Of a stretch of DNA of 64,000 nucleotides, positions 61,480-64,000 are shown one piece after another (positions within the stretch are counted from its first letter, which is position 1; each line of letters begins with the position of its first letter). The notes beneath the pieces are model-generated. The model was not told the origin of the DNA. It worked only from the letters and a program-made list of their open reading frames with translations, and ran no database searches. The stretch is from Narcine bancroftii (taxonomy: Eukaryota). A program made the position numbers and the translations under genes. The stretch spans positions 36,642,001-36,706,000 of the forward strand of contig NC_091469.1 in NCBI RefSeq assembly GCF_036971445.1, in the 5' to 3' direction.

Positions 61480-63450
61480 ATGCAGGTATTAAGGTATTTT
61501 AAAAGGGATAGGATGGGAGGAAAGAGAGGGGGCAGAGTATTACTGGTTAGTAATAATTTTGCAGTTGTGGAAAAAGGAGGCTGTAGAGGGAGTGACTACT
61601 AAGAAGGTGTGGATGGAAGTAAAAAATAGGAAGGGCACAATAAGTGTCCTAGGAGCCTCTAGGCCCCCAAATAGCCCCTGGGATACTGAGGAATGAAAAG
61701 TAGGCACATTTTGGAATTTTTCAGAATTACAGTGTAATTCTTATGGGGGACTTCAGCTTCCAAAATGTTGACTGGCACCACCAATGATAAAAGGAAACAA
61801 CATTGGAAAGTGTTTAATTGGGGAAGGGCTAATTATGATGGAATGAGGCAGGAACTAGGGAGAATAAATTGGAAACAGATGTTCATGGGAAAAAGCACAT
61901 AAGTAATTTCGAGGATGTCTAGGGATCAATGTGAAGGGTTCTGGATAAATTTGTCCCACTGAGACAGGGAAAAGATGGTAGGAAAAGGGAAATGTGGTTG
62001 AGAAAATAGATGAGGCAGCTAGTTGAGAGGAAGAAGGAAGTAGGTATTAGATTTTGGAAGCAAAAAACAGGAAAGGCTCATATGAATGATATTGTAGACA
62101 GGAAAGAACTTAAGAAAGGACTTGGAAGAGCTTGAGGGGGGCAAGAGAAGACCTTGAGAAGTAGGATTAAGGTGAATCCGAAGGTATTCTATGCGAAGAA
62201 CAGAAGGATGATGAGAGTAAAAGTATGTTGAGATTATGAAAGAGGAAGTGCTGGATCTTCATAAAAACATTAAGATTGATAAGTCCCCAGGACTTGATGA
62301 GATATATCCCAGGTTGCTGTGGGAAGGGAGGAAAGAGATAATTGGGGTGTTGGCTATGCTCTTTGCATCCACCTTAGCCACAGAGCAGTACTGGAGGGTT
62401 GGAGAATGGTAAATGCGGTCCCCTTGTTTAAAAAGGTAAGAAGGAGAATTCTGGGAATTAGAGACCAGTTAATCTAACTTTTGGAGAGGACTCTTAAGAA
62501 CAGAATTTATGAGCAGTTGAAGAAATGCAATCTTCTCAAGGATAGTCAACATGCCTAATTAAGTTTTGTGAGGAGGTAACAAAAAAAATTGATGGAGCTA
62601 GGAAGGTAGATATGGTGTATATGAATTTTAGTGGGACATTTGACAAGGTCCCCCTTGAGTACTTGTCCAGAACGTTGTGAGACATGGGATCCATTGAACC
62701 TTGGCTATGTGATTCAGAAATGGCTTTCCTGTAGAAAGCAAAGAGTAGTTGTTGACGGAATGTTTTCTGCTTGGATATCAGTGACGCATGGAGTTCCACA
62801 GGGCTCTGTTCTCAAACCCCTGCTCTTTGTGATTTTTATAAATGAACTAGATGAAGAAATGGAAGGATGGGTCGGTAAGTTTGCAGATGATACGAAAGGT
62901 GCAGGAATTTTGAATAGTTTTGATGGTTGTCGTAGGTTACAAAAGGATTCAGACAGAATGCAAAATTGAGCAGAATAGTGAAAGATGGAGTTCAATCCAC
63001 ATAAGTTTGAACTGATACAATTTGGAAGGTCAAACCTGAGGGCTGAGTACAGGATTCAGGGTCAGATACTTAACTGTATGGAGTGAAGAAGAATGAAAGG
63101 AGACTTAACAGAGATCTATAAGATTCTGAGATGCATATATAAGGTAGACAGGCAATGCCTTTTTTCCCCAGGGCAGGAGTAGCAAACACCAGAGGACATT
63201 TGTACAAAGTGAATAGAGGGAGGTTTAGTGGCGACATCAGGGTAGGTTTTTTACAGAGTTGTGGGTGCCTGGAATGACTTGTCAGGGGTGGTGGTGGAGG
63301 CTGAAATATTAGGGGAATTAAAGAGGGTCTTAGACAGGCCCATTGATGAAAGAAAAATATGAGGTAGAGAGGGTTTTGTTTATATTTGGTTAGAATATAT
63401 AGGCCGGCACAACATCAAGGGCCTGTACTGTGCTGTAGTGTTCTATGTTC
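61480..63450 (+). mobile_element. Degenerate CR1 LINE (endonuclease, RT, 3' tail)
   Basis: MGDF near 61743, KSPGLDEIYPR, GVPQGSVL.PLLFVIFINELD...KFADDTK, and tail GGCCTGTACTGTGCTGTAGTGTTCTATGTTC. Confidence 0.88.
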
Positions 63451-64000
63451 AAAGGATTGCTCAAATTTGGCATTATTTCCTCTGCCAAATTGGTATGGGC
63501 ATGACAACCTAAATGAAGTCTTCCTGTCCTGTAGGGACAGGAAAACTTCATTCTATGACTCACTCTCCTCCTTCCTTGCAGCTTTACTGTATAGAACAGG
63601 ATTTTAATCATGCAGTGCATTACCAACATTCCTTCATTAACATGGCTCATTCTCAGTCATCCACTGGTGCACTGCAGGGCCTGAGTCTACTTGTCCATGA
63701 ATACAGGAAGGCAGCAAGATAGTCAAGAGACAAACACTATTGTGGCCTGGATGACACACAAGAATAAAGAAAGTGGGTGTACGTAGCTTTGATGAGACCA
63801 CACATAGATCAGTTTTGGTCTATGGAAGTACATATTTTCCTTTGAGGCAGTACTATTTTGAATAAATAGGCTAATGCTAGAGCTGAGGAGATTGCTTCAT
63901 GATGAGAGGTTGTTTGAAATCTATCGCTTGTTGAAGTTGGGAAGAATAATAAATAATTTTGAAAGATTCTTAAAGGGTTCACCAGGTGGATGGTGAGAGG

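Overview
This is vertebrate genomic DNA, not prokaryotic. The repeat content (HE1/V-SINE-like SINEs, CR1 and Penelope fragments) points to a cartilaginous fish, probably a ray; that is an inference. Two complete six-exon neuronal nicotinic acetylcholine receptor genes lie on the + strand: CHRNA6 (CDS 2301-8891, about 490 aa) and CHRNB3 (CDS 41081-59943, about 468 aa). Exon boundaries were read by hand and have consistent GT-AG sites and phases. The rest is transposon-rich: a young RTE LINE family (6 insertions), a near-complete decayed Mag-like Ty3/Gypsy element with LTRs, PBS and PPT, other Gypsy remnants, Charlie-type hAT and Tigger DNA transposons, and CR1, L1, Penelope and SINE fragments. 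There is also a 2-kb triplet-based minisatellite and one N gap. The most notable observations are (1) an RTE insertion with a clear twin-priming 5' inversion and an 11-bp TSD, (2) head-to-tail CHRNA6->CHRNB3 order instead of the tail-to-tail pair seen in human, and (3) a hidden 672-codon Asp-rich open frame in the minisatellite. I see no clear evidence of a wholly new multi-gene system.
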